Source: an uncultured Gammaproteobacteria bacterium
Lineage (GTDB): Bacteria > Patescibacteriota > Microgenomatia > JALYQM01
Assembly: GCA_964525495.1 (NCBI GenBank)
Contig: CAZGHS010000001.1
Location: forward strand, 10,863-74,862
Length of the DNA stretch: 64,000 nt
Direction: 5' to 3'
Shown: one piece after another, positions 25,900 to 34,969 of the stretch
Layout of the letters: each line of letters opens with the position of its first letter
How positions within the stretch are numbered: position 1 is the first letter of the stretch
Position numbers and translations under genes: made by a program
Notes under the pieces: generated by a model
What the model was told of the DNA's origin: nothing
Databases searched by the model: none
What the model saw: the letters and a program-made list of their open reading frames with translations, nothing else

Positions 25900-26024
25900 G
25901 AACGCAAATCGTAATTCGTAGAAAAAAACACTACAGTCCGGTAATTCATTACTTGGAAGGTCGTGTCGAATAACTACGAATCGGGGGATATGCAATATAC
26001 TTAAAAAGTATAAAACATATCCCC
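25900..26024 (+). other. 3' arm and structured trailer of unit D
   Basis: GAACGCAAATCGT 25900-25912 pairs with 25390-25403; stems ATTCGTAG/CTACGAAT and GGGGATATG/CATATCCCC. Confidence 0.55.
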
Positions 26025-26036
26025 TTAGATATATTG

Positions 26037-26110
26037 TCGGAGCGAGAAGACTTGAACTTCCAACCTCTTGCACCCCATGCAAGCGCGCTAGCCAATTGCG
26101 CCACGCCCCG
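26037..26110 (-). tRNA. tRNA-Pro(GGG)
   Basis: CGGGGCGTGGCGCAATTGGCTAGCGCGCTTGCATGGGGTGCAAGAGGTTGGAAGTTCAAGTCTTCTCGCTCCGA; anticodon GGG. Confidence 0.95.
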
Positions 26111-26169
26111 ATTTCACACCATATTATACCATCCAAACACGCTTTCTTTAGTTCGACTGTGTTACTATT

Positions 26170-27105
26170 ATGAGTATGTCAATTCTAGAAAAAGCCACCG
26201 ATGCAAGACAAACAGAGCTTTGGTCGGTATTCATGCAAAAACTCGGCTGGACCGTAGAAGAGATCGATGGCTACTACGTATTCATCAGAAAAATCCCCTT
26301 ATTCAATCATGCACTTATCAAAATCCAACACAGCCGCGGAGTTCCACCACTCGATAAAATCGAAGAAATTGCCAAACGAAATAATGCCCTCTTTGTACTC
26401 ATAGAACCAACCTCTATTGGCTACACTGAAGACCTTTACAAAAAAAACGGCTATATGCGCTCCAAAATGAAAACTGCATATTCAGCGAACATTCTCATCG
26501 ACTTAGTAAAAACCGATCAAGAAATACTTGAATCATTCTCAGAAAACGCCCGTAGAAATATTAAAAAAGCTGAAAAAGCAGGCATCACCATTTCCGAAAA
26601 TTTAACAGACGACAACTCATACCAACACAAAGTAGATATGTTCTACGAACTTCACAAAATGGTCAGCGTCAAAAAAAAATTCTATATCCACCCCTACAGC
26701 GAATTCACTGCTAAAGCCGAAGCTTTTAAAGACAACGGCTTCTTTCTCTTTGCATTTCAAAAGGGCGAACAAAAACCCGTCGGAGCGATCTGGTTCGGGG
26801 AAAAAGACAAAACGGTATACTATATAAACACAGGCATGAACGAAGAAGGTTACGCCAAAAACGCCAATTATCTCCTACTCTGGGAAGGCATTAAAATTGC
26901 TAAACAAAAAGGATTAGAAGTACTAGATTTTGAAGGAATTTTCGACGAACGAAACAAACAAGAAAATAAAAAATGGAAAGGATTTACTGAGTTCAAAAAG
27001 AAATTCCATGGTGAAACAATCTACTACCCTCCTTCATGGATAAAAATTTATAATTTACCGTATAAAATTCTCTACATATGCGTCTCCTCGATCCTCCGAT
27101 CATAG
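26170..27105 (+). CDS. FemABX-family peptidoglycan interpeptide bridge enzyme
   Basis: RQTELW..F...GW, F..NARRNIKKAEK, NYLLLWE.I..AK..G...LDF.G, GFTEFKKKFHG. Confidence 0.85.
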   Translation: MSMSILEKATDARQTELWSVFMQKLGWTVEEIDGYYVFIRKIPLFNHALIKIQHSRGVPPLDKIEEIAKRNNALFVLIEPTSIGYTEDLYKKNGYMRSKMKTAYSANILIDLVKTDQEILESFSENARRNIKKAEKAGITISENLTDDNSYQHKVDMFYELHKMVSVKKKFYIHPYSEFTAKAEAFKDNGFFLFAFQKGEQKPVGAIWFGEKDKTVYYINTGMNEEGYAKNANYLLLWEGIKIAKQKGLEVLDFEGIFDERNKQENKKWKGFTEFKKKFHGETIYYPPSWIKIYNLPYKILYICVSSILRS

Positions 27106-27854
27106 TTGCCTATATAGTCTTCTTAGCTTTATGCATACTCTTCGTATACAAAACACGTATACCAATAGTCAAAAAGTATAAATCCGAACTAAACAAATTT
27201 ATTGACGTGCGCAAAAACAAACTTGGCGAACTATATATGACGCTCAACGGATATACACAAGGCATCGAGGTAAAAAAAGGCTTACAAAACACCGCTATAG
27301 ACAAGTCATACTGGTATTTCTGCGCTAACTCAATCACCGAATTTTGTAAAAATATTGAGAAACCTAAAGTTCTCCTCCTTGGACTCGGTGCCGGAACTGT
27401 CCCTCATATAATAAACAACGTGAATCCCAACATCGAAATGACAGTTGTCGAATACGATCCTGTAGTGATTCAAGTCTGCAAAGACTACTTTCGACTCAAT
27501 GATCTCACTAACACACATGTCATAAACGCAGACGCATTTGAGTTTGTTAAACAAATCCCAGATACACTTTACGACGCAGTACTCATAGATCTTTTTATCA
27601 GCGAAGCACCCTACCTCTCACCTCAGAGCCAAAGCTATAACTTTATCGCCGATGTAGACAAGCTCGTCAAGAAAGACGGTTGGTTTGTCTTAAATCGTCC
27701 TGCTAACGACGCATTCGCTAAAGCAGACCAGAAAAAATTCATGGAGCTTGTAAAGAAAATCTTCAAAGAATACAAAGAAAACGAAATTATTGACCCACGC
27801 AATTACTACAACTATATTATCGAGGCCAAATATTTTCAGCCCGGAATAACATAA
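27078..27854 (+). CDS. spermidine synthase-like class I SAM-fold protein with N-terminal TM
   Basis: LLLGLGAGT, VVEYDPVVI, DAFEFV, YDAVLIDLF. Confidence 0.75.
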   Translation: MRLLDPPIIVAYIVFLALCILFVYKTRIPIVKKYKSELNKFIDVRKNKLGELYMTLNGYTQGIEVKKGLQNTAIDKSYWYFCANSITEFCKNIEKPKVLLLGLGAGTVPHIINNVNPNIEMTVVEYDPVVIQVCKDYFRLNDLTNTHVINADAFEFVKQIPDTLYDAVLIDLFISEAPYLSPQSQSYNFIADVDKLVKKDGWFVLNRPANDAFAKADQKKFMELVKKIFKEYKENEIIDPRNYYNYIIEAKYFQPGIT

Positions 27855-28783
27855 ATAATAGTGTGCACAATTATCGCCCAGATTATCACGGTCGTAAGAA
27901 GCGGTTTATCCGACAAAAGCATGCGCTCTGGCGACTCCCCTTCTTTCTTCTCATAAATAAGATACAAATACCGCATCACACCATAGATCACAAACGGAAT
28001 CGTTGCCATGAACCATTTCGTATCATCCACTCGAGGTGTCAAACTATAGAAAAACTGACTAAAAAACCCGTTAGGTGTGATACGCGGCTGCTGAAATGCG
28101 AAAAGCGCGTACGTCATCCAAGTAGCAGTCGCAAACATAGTAGTGTAAGCATGCAACAAAGACTCGGGATAATGACTCAGAGTCGACCTTACCTTGGCCA
28201 CAGGTGCAGATTCAGCATATCCCTGCAATAAAGTTGCCTCAGCCCGTCGTTTACCGATAGCAATGAACAGCGCAAACGCAGCCACACACATCAAAAACCA
28301 GATATTAAGATGAGTTCCAATCACCCAAATACCAGCATAAATCCGCAATAAAAATCCCGAAGCAATGGCCAAAACGTCAAGAATAATAATATTCTTCAAG
28401 TAATGCATATACGAAAATTGCAAAAGAAAATATGCAATAACCGCAAGGAAAAAGCGTTGTGACAACAAATACGAAGAAACTAAGGCAACAATAATGAAAA
28501 TCACACCAAGAATCGTTGCTAATTGAACAGATAACTGACCTGAAGCAATAGGCCGCTTCTTCTTAAAGGGATGCAGACGATCCTTAGGCGCATCCACAAT
28601 ATCATTAAAGATATAAACAGCTGACGTCGCAAGTGAAAACAAAAGAAAAGCCTGAGTAACGATCGAAAAATCAGACAAAACATACAGTCGTGCACTAAAA
28701 ATCAAACCAGCATAGATAGTGAGGTTCTTAAGCCATTGTCGTGGCCTTATTGTTTTGACGATTGCAACGAACGTCTTATCCAT
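27836..28783 (-). CDS. UbiA-family polyprenyl-phosphate phosphoribosyltransferase
   Basis: RPRQWLKN, YIFNDIVD...DRLHP.K..RPIASG, LDV...GFLLR, GKRRAE. Confidence 0.88.
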   Translation of the reverse strand: MDKTFVAIVKTIRPRQWLKNLTIYAGLIFSARLYVLSDFSIVTQAFLLFSLATSAVYIFNDIVDAPKDRLHPFKKKRPIASGQLSVQLATILGVIFIIVALVSSYLLSQRFFLAVIAYFLLQFSYMHYLKNIIILDVLAIASGFLLRIYAGIWVIGTHLNIWFLMCVAAFALFIAIGKRRAEATLLQGYAESAPVAKVRSTLSHYPESLLHAYTTMFATATWMTYALFAFQQPRITPNGFFSQFFYSLTPRVDDTKWFMATIPFVIYGVMRYLYLIYEKKEGESPERMLLSDKPLLTTVIIWAIIVHTIIYVIPG

Positions 28784-29829
28784 AACATGCTAACAGAAAA
28801 TACGATCAGCACACCAATAAAAGCAAACAACTTACTCTGACTATTAATCTGTAATGTGAGTATACCTAATAAAGCGCATATTAGCCAATAGAAAAAAGCA
28901 ATTCTCCGCTTTGACCACCCTAGATCCAGCAGATAATGGTGCAAGTGTGTACGATCACTCTTCATGGGGTTTTTCTTATGTGCCAAACGCCGCGAGAACA
29001 CCCACAACGCATCCAGTATTGGGATAGCCAGCACAATGATCGCAATGGCAAACTTTGCACCAGACAAAATCGCAAGCACAGCAATCATAAATCCAGAAAA
29101 CGTAGAACCTCCAAATCCGGGCATTATTTTTTGAGGATACGATGAAAAAATAAGGAACCCGGCGAACGCACCCGCGGCAATAAAAGCCAGCAGAGCCGTC
29201 GGCTCAGAAAGTCGATCGTAACGCAGTGAAGCAAATCCAAGTATCGTCAAGGTAACCACAGCAATTCCTGCATTCTGCCCATCCACACCAGACGACCAAT
29301 TAACCACGTTCATCATAGATACAATCCAAAAAATCGCCACCACATCTGCCCATACCACTATCGTATGCAACCCGTCCCAGAAGTAGAGTGGGATTACCCA
29401 TTCATTCAACAAAATCACCCCACCCAAAGGATTCGTCACATAACTCACGCCAATACCAAACCCCACGACAATCAAGGCAAAAAGAAACATCAAACCCAAC
29501 CGCAATTTTGGCGAAAGATCATATTTATCATCGATCACGCCCATCACCACGATACACAGACCAGCCAAAAATATACCGGTCAGGTGTTTTACCCAATCAG
29601 TACTCTCAATAAACGAAAACTGAAATCCAAATATTAACAGACTTGCAAAAAGCGTTGCCAAATATACTGGCGCCCCTCCTGCACGAGGGATCGGCGTACT
29701 ATGCAAAATCGCGCCATGCTTTCGTTTTGGATCGTCTACAAATCCATATTTAAAAGCCAAATAAATAGTAATTTTTGTAAAAATTAGTGCGAGTAAAAAA
29801 GCTAGTGAAAATCCTAAAAAATATGCCAT
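28747..29829 (-). CDS. WecA/TagO-type undecaprenyl-phosphate GlcNAc-1-P transferase
   Basis: H..PIPRAGG, GVIDDK, NVVNWSSGVDG, SDRTHLHH.L. Confidence 0.85.
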   Translation of the reverse strand: MAYFLGFSLAFLLALIFTKITIYLAFKYGFVDDPKRKHGAILHSTPIPRAGGAPVYLATLFASLLIFGFQFSFIESTDWVKHLTGIFLAGLCIVVMGVIDDKYDLSPKLRLGLMFLFALIVVGFGIGVSYVTNPLGGVILLNEWVIPLYFWDGLHTIVVWADVVAIFWIVSMMNVVNWSSGVDGQNAGIAVVTLTILGFASLRYDRLSEPTALLAFIAAGAFAGFLIFSSYPQKIMPGFGGSTFSGFMIAVLAILSGAKFAIAIIVLAIPILDALWVFSRRLAHKKNPMKSDRTHLHHYLLDLGWSKRRIAFFYWLICALLGILTLQINSQSKLFAFIGVLIVFSVSMLWIRRSLQSSKQ

Positions 29830-29838
29830 GTATATTGT

Positions 29839-30261
29839 TTAAGCGAACCACAATTTCACAGTAATCACAAGATTCATGCTATTCCAAACAGCCAAAAGGC
29901 TCATCAAAGCACATACAGAAATAGTCCCACCCAAAATACGAGCTGTCAGCGGCTCATTTTTAAAGGTAATAAGAGATAAGGCGTAATTAACAAGGAAAAA
30001 TATAGTAAGTAATCCTGGCTGAAGCCAGATGAGATTTCTCATAGCCAACTGATCCACCCCCCAAGTGCGCTGCAAAAACAACGGAATCTCTGGAGGCAGT
30101 GAAGAAAAATTTATCCAGACCAGCAAAAAATTCAATAAAATAAGCAGGAAAGCTACAATAAAACTAACATTGGATATGCGGTCATTAAACTGATAATCAG
30201 CGACCACTGGTAACAACCGAGCAGTATTTGGCTTCAATGATTTAAAAAACTGTTTCTTCAT
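29839..30261 (-). CDS. small membrane protein
   Basis: Three TMs, LPPEIPLF..WG..QLA. Confidence 0.7.
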   Translation of the reverse strand: MKKQFFKSLKPNTARLLPVVADYQFNDRISNVSFIVAFLLILLNFLLVWINFSSLPPEIPLFLQRTWGVDQLAMRNLIWLQPGLLTIFFLVNYALSLITFKNEPLTARILGGTISVCALMSLLAVWNSMNLVITVKLWFA

Positions 30262-30274
30262 ACGTCTAGTATAA

Positions 30275-32080
30275 CTAACTTCCCACTCGCAAAATATCCA
30301 AAAACGCTTCTTGGGGAATACTTACTCTACCTATCTCTTTCATCTTCGCCTTACCCTTTTTCTGCTTATCCAAGAGCTTATTCTTACGTGTCACGTCACC
30401 TCCGTACAATTTTGCAATCACATCTTTACGAAAAGGAGCAATAGTTTCCCGTGCAATTATTTTCCCCCCGATTGCCGCCTGTAGCGCAATCGCAAAGTTT
30501 TGACGAGGTAACACATCTTTTAACTTTTCAACAATATTTCGTCCGAAACTCTCCGCCTTAGATTTAACCAACACGTACGACAGTGCATCAATAATCTCCC
30601 CCGCCACCATAATATCCATTCTGACAACCTCAACCTCTTTAAAATCAGTCAGTTCATAATCCATTGACGCATACCCCGACGTTGAAGATTTTAGTTGATC
30701 ATAGAAATTCACAACCAATTCAGATAATGGAATATCGTACAAAAGCTTTACCTGACTTGCTAAATATGTTTGATCAACCAACACTCCCCGATGCTCTTGG
30801 CACAACTGCATCACAGCTCCTACATAGTGTTGTGGACTGATCAAAGTTACGCGAGTCCACGGCTCAAGCACCAACGCTTGTGAAGGAATCTCTGAAGGAT
30901 TTTTAATTTCCTCATCATTAAGAATATAACCAACACTTGGAGTCGTCACAATCACATCAATACCAAACTCACGCTGTAAACGATCGTGTGTAATTTCAGC
31001 ATGAAGTAATCCTAAAAAGCCGCAACGAAAACCATGACCCAAAGCCTTCGAGGATTCCTCAGTGAAATACAACGAAGAATCATTTAACTTTAACTTATAC
31101 AACGCATCTTTAAGATCAGCAAAATCGTCAGAACTAATTGGGTACAAACCGGTAAACACCATTGGTTTCATCTCTTTGTACCCTGCTAAAGCGCCTACTT
31201 GAGATTTCCAATCTAACGATCGGAGATTAAGACTAGAACCGTCCTTTAGCTGCGATCCAATAATAGTGTCGCCTACTCGCCCCAAACCTACGTCCTTTAA
31301 ACCAGTCGCAAGATATCCTACCTCACCCGCACGTATTTCGGTACTTTTAGTCATCCCTGGTGTAAAATACCCCAACTCCAAAACATCAACACCTACTTCG
31401 GTATTAAAAAATCGCACAAAGTCTCGATCGTTGAATACGCCATCAAACACCTTAATCGAGCAAACCACACCTTTATATGAATCATAAAAAGAATCAAAAA
31501 TGAGAGCTCGAGAATACGACACGTTGCTATCGCGAGGTGCAGGCACCCGCTCAATAATCGCTTTTAAAATATCCTCAATGCCAATACCAGTTTTTCCTGA
31601 CGCCTCGATCATCTCTGATTCTAAAAATCCAAATGAGTCTGCAAGTTCTTTAGCTACTCTTTCTGGTTCAGCAGCGGGCAAATCAACTTTATTTAAAACT
31701 GGAATAATCGTCAGCTTATTTTCCAATGCCTGAGTTAGGTGTGATAATGTTTGTGCTTGCACACCCTGTGTTGCATCAACCAAAAGCAAAGCACCTTCGC
31801 ACGAAACAAGTGAGCGTGAAACTTCATACGAAAAATCTACATGTCCAGGAGTATCGATCAAATTCAGAATATATTCTTCACCTTTGTATGTATATTTCAT
31901 TCGCACCGGTGTAAGCTTCACGGTAATACCACGCTCGCGCTCAATATCCATTGAATCCAAAAGCTGCTCCTGCATGTCTCGCTTTTGCACAGTACCAGTG
32001 TACTCAAGCAAACGATCAGCTAAAGTAGATTTTCCGTGATCAATATGGGCAATAATACAAAAATTACGAATATGAGCCAT
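30275..32080 (-). CDS. lepA: elongation factor 4
   Basis: IRNFCIIAHIDHGKSTLADRL, GFRCGFLGLLH, YGGDVTRK.KLL.KQK.GK. Confidence 0.98.
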   Translation of the reverse strand: MAHIRNFCIIAHIDHGKSTLADRLLEYTGTVQKRDMQEQLLDSMDIERERGITVKLTPVRMKYTYKGEEYILNLIDTPGHVDFSYEVSRSLVSCEGALLLVDATQGVQAQTLSHLTQALENKLTIIPVLNKVDLPAAEPERVAKELADSFGFLESEMIEASGKTGIGIEDILKAIIERVPAPRDSNVSYSRALIFDSFYDSYKGVVCSIKVFDGVFNDRDFVRFFNTEVGVDVLELGYFTPGMTKSTEIRAGEVGYLATGLKDVGLGRVGDTIIGSQLKDGSSLNLRSLDWKSQVGALAGYKEMKPMVFTGLYPISSDDFADLKDALYKLKLNDSSLYFTEESSKALGHGFRCGFLGLLHAEITHDRLQREFGIDVIVTTPSVGYILNDEEIKNPSEIPSQALVLEPWTRVTLISPQHYVGAVMQLCQEHRGVLVDQTYLASQVKLLYDIPLSELVVNFYDQLKSSTSGYASMDYELTDFKEVEVVRMDIMVAGEIIDALSYVLVKSKAESFGRNIVEKLKDVLPRQNFAIALQAAIGGKIIARETIAPFRKDVIAKLYGGDVTRKNKLLDKQKKGKAKMKEIGRVSIPQEAFLDILRVGS

Positions 32081-33735
32081 TATTTAGCCTCCTCAACCGT
32101 CTCAGTCAGCTTCACTTCATCACTCTTCATCTGGAATCCCTTAAGCCGTCCCTGAATATATGCAATCACCATTAACGCTTCTCTTACCTTGAGCAGGCGA
32201 GTCAAAAGAAGATACATTATCATACCACACCCACCCGCTATTCCCGTAAGAACAAGCAAATTAACAGTTCGTGTAGTGTCAAACACCACTTGGTCTAGAC
32301 CAATCATCACGCGATGCAAAATAACAGCCATGACAAACGCTGCACCCATCATACGCAAAAAAGGAGAGAAGAACTCTTTTGACCACAACCCACCTGTCCG
32401 CCTATCGAGCAAGAAAAACATAAGTATTGCTGAAAAACTACCACCCACCGTGCTAGACAACCCCAAAACCCACACATCCAAATGCAACACAAACACACCA
32501 ATTATGCTAATAAAAATATCCAAAGCCAATCCTACAAGCACAATTTTTAATGGAGTAGACGTATCGTGAATTGCATAATAAGCACGCATAAGCATCACTG
32601 AAATCGCCTCAGCAACGAGTCCCACCGCAAGCCATGCAACAGTCATACCAGTTAACACCGTCGCATCCCAGTTAAATTGATCTGCTCCAAAAGCCAAACG
32701 CACAACAGGAATACGCAAAACAACCAAAATAGCGGCTGCAGGAAAAATCATAAAAATAACCTGATGAATCGACGTAACAAGCGTTTTAACAAATCCCTGC
32801 TTGTCTCCTTGCGCATCAAGCTTAGCCAACACAGGCAGAACAGCCTGAGCCATAGTCGCAACAAAAAGTCCAACCGGAACTAGATAAAGTTGTTGTGCCA
32901 GGGTCAACATAGTGACACTTCCTACAGAAATAATTGAAGCCAAAGATAAGTTGAAAGTAGTTCGAAGTTGCTCTCCTGCGATCGCAATAGTACGGGGAAT
33001 CATTAAAGTCCACACTTCCCTCACGCCTTTTTGAAAAAAATCACTTGACCACCGCAAACGAAATCCCACCTTATACGCCAAAGGCAGCTGAACAATCACA
33101 TAAAACAACGCACCTAGGAAAACACCATACACCACACCATCAATTCCCAACACAGGTGTTAAGAATATAATCCCGATGATAATACCCACGTTATAAAGCA
33201 CCCCGCTCAGAGCAGGAATCAGAAAATGCTTAAATGTCTGTAAAACGCTCGTAAGCAGTCCGCCTATCACAAAGAGAAATTGAGCACCAAAAAGCATACG
33301 AGAAAGCGTAATCATCTCTACACGCTGATGATCTTCAAACCCGGGAGCAATAACAGTCGAAATTGCCGGAGCAAAAATAATCGCAACGAGTGAAACAGCT
33401 CCGAACAAAACCATGCCCAGAGAAAGCAGTCCTTCTGCAAAATGAAACGCCTTATCAGTGCCTTCAGACTCCTTTATACGCGAAAAAACCGGGATAAACG
33501 CGACGGACAGGGCACCAAAAATCAGCAAGTTGTAGACCATATCAGGCAAACGAAAGGCTGCAAAATAGACTGCCGCTTCCTCAGGGGTGAAGTATTGAGC
33601 TAGCAAACGAGACCGCAGTAGCCCCAAAATACGCGAGATAGCCACTGTCGCCATAAGCACAGTAGCAGCACCCAAAATACTACTTTGGCGCGACAAAAAG
33701 ATGTTTTTCCCGTTTTTAAGAATTCTGTTTACCAT
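32080..33735 (-). CDS. murJ: lipid II flippase
   Basis: SRILGL.R, AFRLPD, GALSVAFIPVF, AYYA.HDT.TP. Confidence 0.93.
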   Translation of the reverse strand: MVNRILKNGKNIFLSRQSSILGAATVLMATVAISRILGLLRSRLLAQYFTPEEAAVYFAAFRLPDMVYNLLIFGALSVAFIPVFSRIKESEGTDKAFHFAEGLLSLGMVLFGAVSLVAIIFAPAISTVIAPGFEDHQRVEMITLSRMLFGAQFLFVIGGLLTSVLQTFKHFLIPALSGVLYNVGIIIGIIFLTPVLGIDGVVYGVFLGALFYVIVQLPLAYKVGFRLRWSSDFFQKGVREVWTLMIPRTIAIAGEQLRTTFNLSLASIISVGSVTMLTLAQQLYLVPVGLFVATMAQAVLPVLAKLDAQGDKQGFVKTLVTSIHQVIFMIFPAAAILVVLRIPVVRLAFGADQFNWDATVLTGMTVAWLAVGLVAEAISVMLMRAYYAIHDTSTPLKIVLVGLALDIFISIIGVFVLHLDVWVLGLSSTVGGSFSAILMFFLLDRRTGGLWSKEFFSPFLRMMGAAFVMAVILHRVMIGLDQVVFDTTRTVNLLVLTGIAGGCGMIMYLLLTRLLKVREALMVIAYIQGRLKGFQMKSDEVKLTETVEEAK

Positions 33736-33856
33736 GAAGATTAAACTAATCGGATAGCTAGAAGCATCATATCATCTTTTATTATTCCAGGCATCTAGAA
33801 TGCCCACAAACACCCCCTTGCTCAAAATCTGGTCCCTATGGTATTATTCTCACCAT

Positions 33857-34198
33857 ATGCCGATACTAAAGAATGCAATCAAGAAAATGCGCCAAGATAA
33901 AAAGCGCACAGAAGCTAATAAATCAAAGCGAACACGTATGCGAACTGTTATGAAAACAGCACGCATAGATATGACACCTGAAGCTATTGCCAAGGCATAT
34001 AGTGCGCTAGATAAAGCAGCAAAAAAGCACTTAATCCACAAAAAGAAGGCTGATCGTCTCAAGTCTCGCTTAGCGTTAGCTATTGCTCGAATGACAGGCG
34101 AAGCAAAGGTTGAAGAAGCTCCAAAAGCTAAAAAGGCTGCTAAACCAGCTAAGAAGGCTACGAAGAAAACAACCAAAAAAGCTACAAAAACAGCCTAA
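33857..34198 (+). CDS. rpsT: 30S ribosomal protein S20 with a Lys/Ala-rich tail
   Basis: MPILKNAIKKMRQ..KR...N, LDKAAKK.LIH.KKADRLKSRL. Confidence 0.92.
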   Translation: MPILKNAIKKMRQDKKRTEANKSKRTRMRTVMKTARIDMTPEAIAKAYSALDKAAKKHLIHKKKADRLKSRLALAIARMTGEAKVEEAPKAKKAAKPAKKATKKTTKKATKTA

Positions 34199-34304
34199 AC
34201 GTTGCACAAAGACAATTTTAACTTCCTATATCTAGATCAAATATTCCGAAGTGTATTATTTCGTAGTGATTGTCCCTCTGGACTCTTTGTACCATCAAAG
34301 CTTA

Positions 34305-34967
34305 TCACTTCGTAACTTTCAGAATAAACTGCTCTAGCAAAACCTCAGGTATTCCCTCACCAGTTTTCATCTGCACATCCATTTGCAGCAACTGATAATA
34401 TATCCGGCGCAGCTCTTCAAACGAAAATTTATTCTTAGCTTCCATAGCTTTTTTCTGAACAAACCCTGAAGCATTTTCTGGCACAATTACATTCCGAAAC
34501 TGCCATACAAGCATTGTGAGCAAATAAATTGGCTCCTGTTTTGCTTTTATCAAACGCAAATATTCCATCAATGCCAACTTCCTATTCCGACTCACCACAG
34601 CGTCCAAAAACGGAAATATCGTCAGATCAACTTTCTCATCAAACAATTCGACCTCGCCCTTGAGATCCTTGGCCAATTGCATCAACCCGTCATTAGCCCG
34701 CAACTTTTCACCCATCCAGACGATCAAATCAACATCCGAACTTGCAAGTTTCTTACCATCAAACTGCTTCGCATCCAGCTTACCTTCCACCACGACCGCT
34801 TGCTTATCTCCAAACATAGAAACAGTAGAAAACAACAACGGGAATTGAGAATAATCAATCTCTTTTGAAACAAGACTTTGGATAGCGTCCGCGGAATACT
34901 GGCTTTTTAACTGTTCAAGCCGCAAGCGACTAGAAACAACATCAGCTCCATGCAAAATATATATCAT
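34305..34967 (-). CDS. holA: DNA polymerase III delta subunit (shortened)
   Basis: MIYILHG.D, SMFGDK..VVV, IF.FLDAV, D..MKTG; usual neighbour of rpsT. Confidence 0.8.
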   Translation of the reverse strand: MIYILHGADVVSSRLRLEQLKSQYSADAIQSLVSKEIDYSQFPLLFSTVSMFGDKQAVVVEGKLDAKQFDGKKLASSDVDLIVWMGEKLRANDGLMQLAKDLKGEVELFDEKVDLTIFPFLDAVVSRNRKLALMEYLRLIKAKQEPIYLLTMLVWQFRNVIVPENASGFVQKKAMEAKNKFSFEELRRIYYQLLQMDVQMKTGEGIPEVLLEQFILKVTK

Positions 34968-34969
34968 AG

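Noticed and set aside
25777-26357. ORFs 25777-26136 (-) and 26034-26357 (+)
   Set aside because: They run through tRNA-Pro; spurious.
34199-34304. Weak stems in the rpsT-holA convergent gap
   Set aside because: Short AT-rich pairings compatible with chance or a simple 3' UTR; no known RNA recognised.
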